DNA of 63,879 nucleotides, counting the filler, from Diploschistes diacapsis (Eukaryota): the NCBI GenBank assembly GCA_023645945.1. It is 5 parts of 5 records of this genome, joined end to end, with 100 filler letters (N's around TTAATTAATTAA, not from the genome) between each part and the next. Parts side by side here need not be neighbours in the genome. Positions count along the whole stretch, not along the records: positions 16,402 to 24,497 come from JALAIB010001199.1; positions 24,598 to 55,689 come from JALAIB010000120.1; 3 more parts are not named here. One strand, written 5' to 3'. How positions within the stretch are numbered: position 1 is the stretch's first letter; every line of letters begins with the position of its first letter. The notes below the pieces were generated by a model. It was given only the letters and a program-made list of their open reading frames with translations, had not been told where the DNA came from and searched no databases. This document shows positions 21,770 to 33,052 of this stretch, one piece after another. The translations under genes were made by a program, and so were the position numbers.

Positions 21770-22520
21770 GAGTTACTCCCCTTAACATATGCATCTCCAT
21801 AAAAAAAAAGGCAGTAATAGCTCTCGGTGGCACTTCAAAGCCCTTTTTTATTTGAATTTTATATCTCCCTCGCTGCCTTCTCCCTCCTCCTTCAAGCCCT
21901 TCTAACCCTCGTCGTCGTTTCGGCGGTTATTTACACCGCCGCGCCGTGGCAAGCCGTTGTGTTTTTCAAACTGCCGTTCAATACCGCTCTTCCTCCCACC
22001 GTCCTTGCTCTTCTGCCCAGCCTTCCATTCCCCACTCTTATCTTTTCGTATTCAGTTAATCAGAATATTCCCTTTTTTTCCCCTTCCAACGGCAACGACG
22101 TAGACGCAGCGCTGCCGGTTATAGAACCAAGGCTAGAGACGAGGCGCGCACGGTAAGCGACGATGGCGAAAAAGTGCCAGGGTCAGGGCAGAGAGAAGAG
22201 AGAAGGCGGCGACGGAGATGTGCAAAGATATTAGCAGCAGAAGAAAAACAAAGGGGAGAGGAGACAGGCAATAGCGATGGAAACGGGCGAGGGAGGAGAA
22301 AAAAGAAGGGGCGAGACAAAAAGAAGGCGTGTCGCCGCAAGCCTTTCTGGAAAAAATTAAGAATTGGGAAGGGCTTAAAAAGCAGACGTATTAGACTCTG
22401 AGAATGAGTTTTAAAATGTACGAAGAGAAATAAAATTTTGGATTGTAAGGCTTGGTGTGAAATACAAAAAAAAGATTTACGAATTTATACGTTATCTCAT
22501 ATAAGCGTGTACGCAGTCTA
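21770..22520. mobile_element. Degenerate repeat/transposon relic
   Basis: 21908-21990 aligns by eye with 24119-24195 (TCGTCG…ATTTAC…CGCCG…GGCAAGCC…GCCGTT.A.TACCGC). Skewed composition, no credible ORF. Confidence 0.5.
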
Positions 22521-23799
22521 ATTCACAGCTTTTGGGAAGCAGGTGGTGCTCCTGAACCATCCGCTGCGTCGGTTCTCCCATCTACCTACTGCTGTATCGT
22601 GATGTCGAAAACGTCTTCTTGTTGTTGCTGGATAGTCTGTGGACCATCTTCTTAGGCATGGCCTCGGAAAAGGTGTCGAGCTTCGTCTGATCCTGGACGA
22701 GTGGTTTCATGGGTGCGGCCGGGCGTCTAGCTCTGGCCTCGCGAGTTCGGATATCTTCGGCGTCTACGACGTATGTGGTGAGGACAGCATCTTCGTTGCC
22801 TCCTACGATGTGGTTTTAAGATTGGGGGGAGTGTCGACCGCTGCGTTAGTTAGTCGCAGCGCCACTATAATCAACGCTTCCATCGCCGTCGGTAGATATA
22901 TGCCAGATAATTCTTGTGTCGGTTTTGGCTCCTGTTGAATTCTCCATAAATATAACTCGCTGAGAGAATGTCCTCTTGCTCCACTAATTGTAGCGGTTTG
23001 GAAGGATCGGGTGGCGGGGGACAATGCCGGAACTACCACTCTTTAGGACCTTGAAACTGAAAATGTGTTGAAAATCTCGTACTTTGATTGAAGAAAAGAA
23101 TATGGGTGCAGATCATTGGATGCTCAAGAGTCGAAAGAGTAAATGACTTTCTCACGTAGTAATGATTGTAGTGGGATGGAGTAAGTGACTCGATGAAGAA
23201 ATCTCGAAACATGTGCATTCTTTTTACGTACAGAGGCGATTGTAGTATTGAACCTCACAACTCGACGGGGAGGACGAACTCAGAGATGGCCATAGCAAAA
23301 AATTTGGAGACGGTGGAATGAAATGAGTGTGGAAGGATTGAGAAGTGCATCACATATTCTAGCCAGCATTACTTATGGAAACATGAAGGCTAGTATCAGA
23401 AGAAGGTATCATCAACTTGAGGCAGCGGTCCCAAAAAAACTAATACAAGAGAAGGTCAATCGGTATCTTGGGCTTATATCTGCATTTCATATAATGAGCT
23501 GATTAAGGGAAGGTTTGTATTGCGTATGGCAATTTCTTGCGTAGGGAAGCGTAACGATGTTAAAACAGGGCCATAGGGGGTTGTTCAGGAGGCAGATGGG
23601 TTTTGTCACTAAGATATGCCAAAACCTATCATGTTCTTTCTCCCAACACAAACTGCCTGAATCGGTTATCCTAAATCAAGAACTACCCTACCACATCGAC
23701 TTCTGTGCATATAAGATGGCGAGGCGATTCAGGAGCACCACCTGCTCCCCGCCCCGGTCATATATAGTGTGTCTGTTAAGCTGTTTAGTTCATATCTAG

Positions 23800-24497
23800 T
23801 TCCTATAGTAATTAATATATATTATATATACGAGTCATACTGCGTCATAAGCGTGTCATCTCCGATATATTTATATAAATTATAAAAAGTTGATTTTAAA
23901 GTAAACGCGGATTAAATCCGCCTAAATAATTATATAGGAGGCCAAATCTCTATATAGAAATGCCGTAAAAGATTAAAACTAATTAAATTAAGGCTTTAAA
24001 GCCCTTTACGCCCCAATATGACCCCTAAAAAACAGTTATTACACCTTTTATCAAGTTTTTATACCCCTTTCGCCGTTTCTTCTTCCTTTTCTTCCTTTTT
24101 TTCCAAAAATCTTTTACTCTTGTCGTCGCTTTAGAAGGGATTTACGTCGCCGCGGCAAGCCTTCTTACCTTTTAAAACGCCGTTTAGTACCGCCTTTTTT
24201 TTATTTTTCGCCCCCGTTTTCGATTAATTAACCTCTAAACTTCTCGAAAAGATAAAAACTTATTTTATTATTATTTCGAAAATTTATTTTATTATCCTTA
24301 CCGACGGCGAGATCTTCTTTATTTTTTTTAAAATCCACGAACGCGTGAAAAATTAAGTTTTTATTAACGATTATTACGTCGTCGTAAGACGTAAGTTTTA
24401 ACGATTCGTTTATAAATATTACGATAAATAAACGTTTAATATACGTAAATTAAACGAATTTTAAAAGATACGTAAAGCCACGTATGTTTATTAAAAA
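23800..24497. mobile_element. Heavily mutated AT-rich transposon relic
   Basis: Very AT-rich, TpA-rich, surviving C almost only in CpG; related to 21770-22520; runs into a contig end. Confidence 0.65.
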
Positions 24498-24597
24498 NNN
24501 NNNNNNNNNNNNNNNNNNNNNNNNNNNNNNNNNNNNNNNNNTTAATTAATTAANNNNNNNNNNNNNNNNNNNNNNNNNNNNNNNNNNNNNNNNNNNN
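24498..24597. other. Artificial contig spacer
   Basis: N-run with central TTAATTAATTAA. Confidence 0.97.
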
Positions 24598-25727
24598 GCA
24601 GCAGGGGGTCCCACCCCCTGCTGCTTTGTCTGGGCTGGCTCGAGCCCCCATTTCATGCGTCTGGGACTTAACAACACGATGCATTATTATCGCCGATCGG
24701 CTGGCAATGCTGCTTCACCCCGCTCACTATATAGCCCCCATGATGGGAACAGGGGGCGTTCGCAGCATGAAGTTCTACATTCGCGTCTTCTCCCCTCAAA
24801 GGAGTACTCTGCCCCCCCGCCCCCCACAAAAAACTCCACGCGAGCGAGCGTGTAGTCTCGGATTCATTCATCCGTCGTCAGACGAAAGGGCCCCTCGTTT
24901 CTGGTTCCGATTCTTATCCTTTCTGATTGGATTTTCATGCATGGGGCGATTGGGATGCTGGGTGAGTAGAGCTAGATTGCCCAGGCGGGTGGGTGACTTG
25001 GTCTGCGCGTCATGCTATGCTATATGCTCTGGGTGTCTCTGATGCTACGGGTATCATGCGGTACACGTACTGTGCTGTGCTGTATCAGGCCATGCCATGC
25101 TATTTCATGCCCGCTTGCCCTGCGCGTACTCTCTTCCCCCTGCCTCATCATGGCCCCCCGTCTTGGCCCGTTCTTCCATCCCCCTCCCCCCATTCATCCC
25201 ATGCCATCCATGTCATCAATGCCATCCCGTTCAGGCTGCCATGCACACTCTCTCAATGCAAGAACCACACCGCATCTGCCCCTGTGACTGCTCCTACTCC
25301 TGCTCCTACTCCTGCTCCCACTTCCCTGCCCCTAGTGCACTAAGCTCTCGACCCACCTCCTGTCCCTTTGCAGGGTGCAATTAATAATGTGAAGATGCTG
25401 CTCCAAGTGAAATCGATGAAAATCGGCTCCCGTGGGTATAGCGCGTGGAAGAGGGAAAAAGCAAGGAGCGTTTTGCCTTTGCCGCTGCCAGAGCGAGGAG
25501 ATTGAAGGAAGGAGCTCTGCTCCACGTCCTCGAGGAGCCTCCCCAACTTGGAAACGAGACCGCATGGGATCACCCAGTCCGCCTCTGTAGACCGAGGGCG
25601 CCGGAAACTGCCCAAAAAATGTCCCCTGCCGCTCTTTCCCTTTCCCTTTCCCACTCCGAAGTAAAAAGACCGTAGCCGTAACCACCAACGCCTTGCTAAA
25701 CCCAAGGGTAAAGAACCAGCCCGCATC

Positions 25728-26768
25728 TCACCGTTGATCATAAGCTGCAACCCCACCCGTCGTACCCGCCGGCCTCCAGTTTCTGCTCCCCGCTCTGCTT
25801 CGATAATCCCGTCGAAGCTGCCACCTCCCAAACGTGCCGAGACCGACGACGAGCGTGAACAGGAAAACCCACGCGCCCACTACGACGCCGCCGACGGGGA
25901 AGAACGCGGGCGCTACGCCGGGCAGGACGAAGGGGATGCTGGCAGCGGCGGAGGCGGCGGCCGCGGCGTTGGCGATGGCGGTCTTGGCGTAGAAGCCTGT
26001 TATGAAGGCGGCTTCGTCTGTGGGGAGGGTGGCATTGAGGAGTTGGCCGGAGGGGGTCAGGGCCGTGATGTGCACGATGGGGGTCAGGGCGAGCATTTGT
26101 TCGGTTCTTGGGGAACGTGAGTTAGTAAAGTGGGGGAGAGTAACGTTCTGAATGGGCAGAGGGGGAACGTACATATTGCTGGGGTTCCAAGAGCCCTGGT
26201 TGACTTGTCCCGAGTACTGCTGGCTGACAACCAGAACCGGGGCATCGTCTGGCGTGTCTGAGACACGCTTGAATATGTTCCTCTTTGTGACGGACATTTG
26301 CACGATGTTCGAGCTTGGATATCCGACGACATCCATAAGACTGCTGCCGTTGATGGTGGTCCAGTTGCCGGCGGCGGGGGAGACTTGGTAAAGGTAGACG
26401 TTCGAGATGAAAGCGCCGGTGTTTATGTCGAGGCTCGCAACGTCGTAGCACAAGGACATTCCCGTTAAGCTCGTAGCAACGCCGTTTAGATTTGAGAGTG
26501 CCGCTGCGCACAGATCGGTTGCGTTACCCATATCAGGCGCAGAGGACTCTGCCGTGTCGGCCGTAACGGTAGGCGATGGACCGACGGAGCCTTGTACTGA
26601 TGATGGAGCTTGAGGTTGTGCCACCCGCCTGTAAAGGGCGTCGTAGTCGACCGACATCTCGGTGCTTCTTCTCCCTAATCGCACCTCCGCCAAGAAAGCC
26701 TTTGCCTCCACATTGTATACTTGCTCCGCCAGGAAAGCGAGAGCAAGGGCAGCGTACCTGAGCTGCAT
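25728..26768 (-). CDS. Uncharacterised fungal type I membrane protein (signal peptide, Ser/Thr-rich ectodomain, C-terminal TM), 2 exons
   Basis: MQLRYAALALAFLA signal; C…L…G.SLCY.V..LD..TG.F…YLYQVS core; FVLPG…FPVGGVVVGAWVFLFTLVVGLGT.GR…R..YR.R TM and basic tail. In-frame 66-nt intron 26172-26107 (GTACGT…CTAAC…AAG). Confidence 0.8.
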   Translation of the reverse strand: MQLRYAALALAFLAEQVYNVEAKAFLAEVRLGRRSTEMSVDYDALYRRVAQPQAPSSVQGSVGPSPTVTADTAESSAPDMGNATDLCAAALSNLNGVATSLTGMSLCYDVASLDINTGAFISNVYLYQVSPAAGNWTTINGSSLMDVVGYPSSNIVQMSVTKRNIFKRVSDTPDDAPVLVVSQQYSGQVNQGSWNPSNMYVPPLPIQNVTLPHFTNSRSPRTEQMLALTPIVHITALTPSGQLLNATLPTDEAAFITGFYAKTAIANAAAAASAAASIPFVLPGVAPAFFPVGGVVVGAWVFLFTLVVGLGTFGRWQLRRDYRSRAGSRNWRPAGTTGGVAAYDQR

Positions 26769-28815
26769 CTTGACCGTTGGATCGGACGACGACGACCTGT
26801 CAAAGGATCGACAAGAAGATGGCGTGCAGAGGCCTAGTTATTAAGGATTGGGACGGTTAAGCGGCAAGTGCACAGCACAAATCTCACCCGCATAGAGAGA
26901 AAATGCCACTACCTTCAGTCGAAGAGCCAGATGGTTGGGGAGAGGTTAGGAACTGTGGAAGGTGGGCGCCTAATTAATAGGGCATGACAGAATCGCCAGA
27001 ACAGCGTAGGCATATAGAAACGAACCCTGCGTCGTATGCTCGGAAACCCAAGCTTTGGACTTCATGCTTCAAGAAGAGAGAAAGCGTTTGAGGCAAGCAT
27101 GAAGCAATAGAGATGAGACAACCTACATGAAGCACACGCAAAAGACGGGGAAGCATGAGATGCGGTCTGACCCGAGGCATTTGGCGTGGATGGATGGCTA
27201 GAGAGGTCTGTGCACTGCTCGTGAACTCGTCTTGCATTGAACAACATGGTGTATACAAGCCAGTAGAGAGCTGAGTAGTCTAAGGACTCTCTCGATGAAG
27301 GCAGGTGAAGAAGCATTGGATGATTTAAACAGAAAGGGCGCGTAGAGAGAAGCTTGGCTCATGCTTTGTGGGTGGACGCTAAACCACTAGTGGAAGAGCC
27401 GCACCCGAGATTAGGGCTGACTCGGCTGAGCAGGGATGTCAGCTCGTGGAAACCCCAGCGATTGGTCGTTGACCGCACCAATCGAATCGCATGCTTTAAC
27501 GCCCGAAGTGTCCCACCTTCGCTCCCAGATTCATGCACGGCAAAGGCAAAGGCCTTCCATGCCACCAGATAGTCTGTCCCATCGTCGAATCGGGCTCCAA
27601 AGACCCTTGTCATCTCCATACCAAAGCTGTTCCAACGCAAGCATGCCAAAGCACCATTGAGCATGTAGAATAGCACGCATAGTCAAACCATCCTCAAACC
27701 CTCATCTCCCCGTCAACTATCGACAGACAGCCGTTGGCATACATAGAAGTCCAACAAATCATACCACTAGAAACTGACAAGAACCATCAACGGTTGGGTT
27801 GCGACAAAGTAGTACATCGCAAAAAAATTATCGAACAACAGTATCAACAGCTAACAATCAAAGCGATTATCCCATATAGAAAGAAGCGTGCATAATCATC
27901 ATTGCAACCTGCCGTGGTAACTGTGTCCGTGCCTCGCTTATATGCCATCATCATCAGCCCTTTTCTCATGTCCCATGTTCAGTCTCCCTTGGCCTTGAAG
28001 CCCCATCTGCTACAAGTACTGCACCAAACCAAATATGCAACTGCCTGCTCGGTCCCGACAACCTTACGAACTTACTGTATGTACCCCCTATGTCATTCAG
28101 GTACACATTCAGTTATGCTTTCGTCTGCGACAGTAAATGCTTCCTCAACTTCCTACCACACGTGTAATTTTATGTATTTTGTACGTCACCTGCATTCGTA
28201 CTGCTTGCTACCTTCCAACTACGGGCTTTCGGATACTTCATGTCTCGCATTCATAGCTCTCTCTCTCCTCCGGTGGAGTAGTAGTTAAGCAACCGGACCG
28301 CTCTTTAGACGAGCATTGTCTACTGTTATGCAGTCCAGGACACTACAGCCGAAGCCGTAGAGCAAAGTCTCGCCCCGCGGCCCGGATTGCTGTAAAGAAC
28401 TCGGCTGGGTACCGAGAGCATAAGTCCAGTGACGAACGGCAGGCGGCAATGGACAGCAACGAAAAGCAGAGAGACTACACGGTGGACCAGTAAGGTATCA
28501 CGGTGCCTGCAACCTAGCCAAAATAAATGTATCTATAGTTGCGATTCCGGGTATCTTCCTTGTAGTGCATGACAATGTTTTCTTCAACCCAGGTACGATA
28601 AAGCAGACGTCCGCATCATCTGTCCATAAAGCATGTCTTTGCAGGGCCAGGGCAAGCCGCCCTCTCGGTTTCGTCAATCTGCCATATCCACCACATCCAC
28701 GTACAGGGAAAGTAATCAAGATGAATCTGTACCGCTCAAGCATACTATATCGAACCGCAATCAGACAACCAACACATAAGAGGGGGTATCACGCATCAAC
28801 GTCCCAAACGCATCC

Positions 28816-31800
28816 CTAACGCGGCGGCCCAATAGGGCCTGGGTATCGTTCGTTAAATGAATGAGAAGTCGCCGGACGCCCGCTATCAAAACTGGGCCGG
28901 GGCTCGTGCCTGGGCGTCGAGTCCCCCGGTATGCCAGTGAAAGAGGAGGAAATACTGGTACCAATACCAAAAGGAGAAGAAGCCGAAGAGGAGGAAGAGG
29001 GCTTCGTGAGATCCGTCTTGCTCTGGTGGCCGGTGCTGAAGCGCACGGGCCAGCCATTGCTGTACGTTTCGGTCGTATCGTCGGTGGAGAGATTGATGCC
29101 GCTGTCGTTCCAGGGATTGCGATAACCGCTGTCCCGGGATTCCATCGAGACGAGAGAAGCTTTGGACGCGTTGCTGGATGCGTGTTTGAAGAGAGAGGTC
29201 GAGGAGGAGGACTGGTTCTTGCGGCGTTCGAGGAAGGAAGACAACGAGGAAATGCTGCCGGGTTTGCGCAGCTTGTCGAATATTGAGCCACGCTCGCTCA
29301 CACCGTCACCAAAAGTGGAGCGGGTCGGGGAGTCGGTCGGGCCGTTGGATGGCTGGGTCCGTTGAAGTAGTTTGGAGTCGAAAAAGGGGAGCGTCTCTTC
29401 AAAGGTGTCCGATTTGGGTCGAGGAATGGCTCCTTTGACGGTTGTTGCGTCCAAGCCGTGGGGGACCAGTCGATTCACAAGGAATTCGATGGCGTCCTTC
29501 AGGCCACCGGCATTGTTCCTCGTGTAAGCAAGGATGAGACGCTCATCCCCATCGTCAGGGCCAACCACATCTCCGTCGCGCACGATCAAGTCGACTTCGT
29601 ACTGTGCCTTGAGCTTCGCATGGACTTCGTTCTCAAACTCTTCGGTGCCAAAGAAGGCTTTCAGTTGTGGGTGGCTCGGGACAACTATTTCATGCTCTTC
29701 AGGAACCATGCCCTAGAATTACTCAGTATCTTTGCCGCATGGGTAGGGGGTGCGCTTCAGCATACCAGGAACTCGTCAAGGGCTTGAGGGACTTGGTACT
29801 CAGGACCAGATATTGTGACTACATCACTGGCCATTTCCGTGCTCGGAAAGTCGATCTTGCAGTTCCATTTCTTCTCAAGCTCTTCGATCTTGGACATCCG
29901 AGCAATGAGTTCTCTATGGTACAGACGGTTGATGACGACGGTTTCGGAGACAAACTCCGCGTCCTTAACGTTGCCAAAGCATGTCAGACGTTGTACGTCG
30001 ATATCAGATTGAAGGTGCAAGAGCATCTTCCTCGATGTCAGGATTACGTACCACTTTTTCAACCATGTCCATGATCTCGGTCTTGACCAAGTCCAGGCTT
30101 TGCGCATTGCGAGCGGGCGTACGGCAAATGACATTGTCGACTTTGATGTCGTCTTCTTCCTTGCCCATGCCCCCGCGGTCCATAGCATTCGAGAACTTGA
30201 CGAACACGGAATACTTCTTCATGATGCGCTGAATGTGCTGGCCACCAATACCTATGATACGCTTGTGATATTGATCCGGAACGTGAAAAGAGATCGACGC
30301 TGGCATCTCTTGTTCGACGAGATCGAGGCCATTCTTGACGGCGTCGTATTGACCTCCACACACGTCAATGTAGAAGTTGTATTCATTGAACCCGTCAAAG
30401 ATTATCTGCACATTGCCTGGAAATTGTCAGTGCTGTACGTGATGGGAAAGGAAGCATCGCAGGGGGCATACTTTGACCCATAATCTTATTAATCTTTCCG
30501 TTCTTCTTGCCGCTCACGAATTCCTTGTGCTCGTTGGCCAGCTCTATCTTGACGCGCATCTGGTACTGAGCACGGTTCACGAACGGGATCTGATGGATGA
30601 CGACCATGGCGTCCTTGACTGCATCATCCGAACCGTTGATGGAGAAGGAGAACTTCTCGAATGCCAAGTCGGCCCCAGAATTGGTGCACACGTCGGATAA
30701 CATGGCTCGGATATCCCCCGGACCGGGGGGCCGGGAAGCTTGAACCGGATCGGGTTGAACTATCCACCAAGTTGCGCTGTAGAATTGACCAGCCTATCCA
30801 CGTCAGCTTCGATCAAAGGAAGACCCAATGGCGGACTTACGAGTGCCATAATCTCCCTGACGGTCCGCTCGACGTGAAGGATTTCAGTGCCTTGAACCTG
30901 CACCCGGGTCCGCTGGCTTCCCAAGGGCGGAAACATCACATACGATCCATTGAGTTCCATGACTTTACGAACTTTATCCAATCGATCCAGCAGGATGCTG
31001 TCAATCTTGCTAGCGGAAAGCATCACTTCCTTCACGTAGCATTTTGTATTTATGACGAGCTCGTGCAGCTTCTTCTTCGCCTGATTGATGTTGTCTTGTG
31101 TTTCGCCGGTGATGAAAATCTCATCTTCCCCCCGGCGGTGAGCGCCAGGCGGAGTATAGCCATAAACACGCGGGAAGGGCGGCGGAAAATAGATGGCAGT
31201 CTTCGAAGCTGCTTCGATGAGCCTAATGTTCTTTCTTGTTCGGCCACATATTATCTTATGAAGTGAGTGCTCGAGTTTCATCATGTCCACCACCCGTTTC
31301 AGCTATGCTCCCGTCAGTGCCAATCAAATCTTTGTTCCGATGTCCCTACTATTTGGTCAATCATGATGAGAACCCTCATCTTCGCATGCTCCGAGCTTTC
31401 AGAGTCTCCATATATAGCTATACGCAGTCGCTGTTCGAGTGTCTGGTCGGATCCGTGGATGTAATTAGCGCTCATGCTGTCTGGATCTGCCTGCTTCGCT
31501 TGAAGGAGGAAGATGTCACAACCAGTGAAGATTGCAATCTTGTCAATATGTTCGAGGACCGACGGTCTGATGGCGTCGTTCGCAGGATCGATGACGAATT
31601 TCGTATCAATCATGACGGTGGCACATTTCTGTTCTTGTCAGCAAAGAGGCGCAAAATGTCGAGCGTCTGGTTCATACCAATGCGATTGGCGTATCGTTCA
31701 AGATCTTTGCTCTAATCTTGTAAACGATCTCTCCATCGCCAGATACACACACGTTTGTGGTCAAGCCTTTTTTGGGAACCCGTTGGTTCGGCAAGGACTT

Positions 31801-32118
31801 TGACTCGGATGAGGTCACGGTAGCTTCCAGGCGACCGCCACTGCTTTCACTTAGTCCTTTGCACAACTCCCTCAAGCGATCGACATTCCGGATATGAACG
31901 GGTAATCTGTGAGTGGGCGTCCCGTCTGATGTACCGATAGGGTGCAGCCATCGCTGCAGAGCACCAGGGCTCGGGTGTAGAATCTCATCGTGCTCGGGCC
32001 CAGTCAAGTTCGAGGCAAAGGGCACATTGAATGAGAGACTTATGAAAGACTCGGCCGGGTTGTGAGGAGACATGGGAGTGGTTGCATGTTGCTTCCTCAG
32101 CTGTTGTTGTTGCGGTTG

Positions 32119-32149
<31 letters not shown>

Positions 32150-32259
32150 TGCGAGGGTAGCCCATTCTGAATATGAGGGCGACCCATGCCAAAGCCAGCA
32201 GGTGTCATTTTCTCCCAGCCATGTCGAGCTTGACCGGTAAAACTGGTCAGCTTCTGCAT
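28816..32259 (-). CDS. Multi-KH-domain RNA-binding protein (YLL032C/Mug60/Bicaudal-C-like), 7 exons
   Basis: KH signatures HKIICGRTRKNI, HKEFVSGKKNGKINKIM, HKRIIGIGGQHIQRIMK. ORF fragments join through canonical introns (e.g. 31677-31629, 30051-29964). N-terminal poly-Q. Confidence 0.85.
32100..32151. repeat. CAG/CAA trinucleotide tract encoding poly-glutamine
   Basis: (CTG)n/(TTG)n on the + strand, reading Q12-P-Q4 in the KH protein. Confidence 0.9.
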
Positions 32260-33052
32260 TGTGAAAAGGTCGGCATGAAAAGGCCTCGAGCTCGAGATTG
32301 AGGCAGAGTGAGGACAGGAACGGATGAAAGAAGAAAGATGAGGAGGCTTTGAAGGGGAAAAGGGCGCAGGTGCAGCAAGTGTAGGTGCGTTCGAGCCGGA
32401 GAAGGAAAAGGCCCGGGGTTTGCAAGACGCGCCCCCGGTACACTCGGCTCCCAGCTGGGTACGTTTAGATAAGTTCAAGCTGTGCAGCTAAGCAGCACTA
32501 TTATTACCGTGGACACTGTTCAACGACTCGGGGGTACTTTGAGTCCTTGAACAAATGCTGTTGTTAACTCAAACACCCTAACTCCGTAATCACCGTTGAA
32601 AGATAAGCAGCCGTAGCCAACCACAACTGACCTCCGCAGCTCCCGTATGTGGAAAGTATACTAAGCGTTGAACTTGGAACTTACCTAGATACATACATAA
32701 GCGTGTAGGCAACCTGGAAGTGTTTTGAGCTCAGTCATTTTGGCTGGCTTGTCAATCGAAAGCTTTTATCAGTATACTTGTAGACAAAAAGTAAACAGCC
32801 CGAGAGCATACAATCAGCTTGCGCGGTGCGCCAAAATAGGAGATCTTCGAAACACATTGTAGCAAACCGGCAATTGAGTTGTACTAAAACGACCGCTCTT
32901 CCATCTCAAAGCACCTAGCTAGCTATCGTCAAAAGCTCGCAGATAGTTGCGAGTTGCTTCATGTTGTGCTTGTAGTCCTCCTAATCTTACAGGTCCGAAC
33001 AATGGCTCAAGATAATCCACCGGCTTCCATGCATGCATACATCCTCACCTTC

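Noticed and set aside
24850..24905. Hammerhead-like CTGACGA plus stem on the minus strand
   Set aside because: The stem is followed by GAGA instead of GAAA, and no stem I/III with a cleavage triplet can be drawn.
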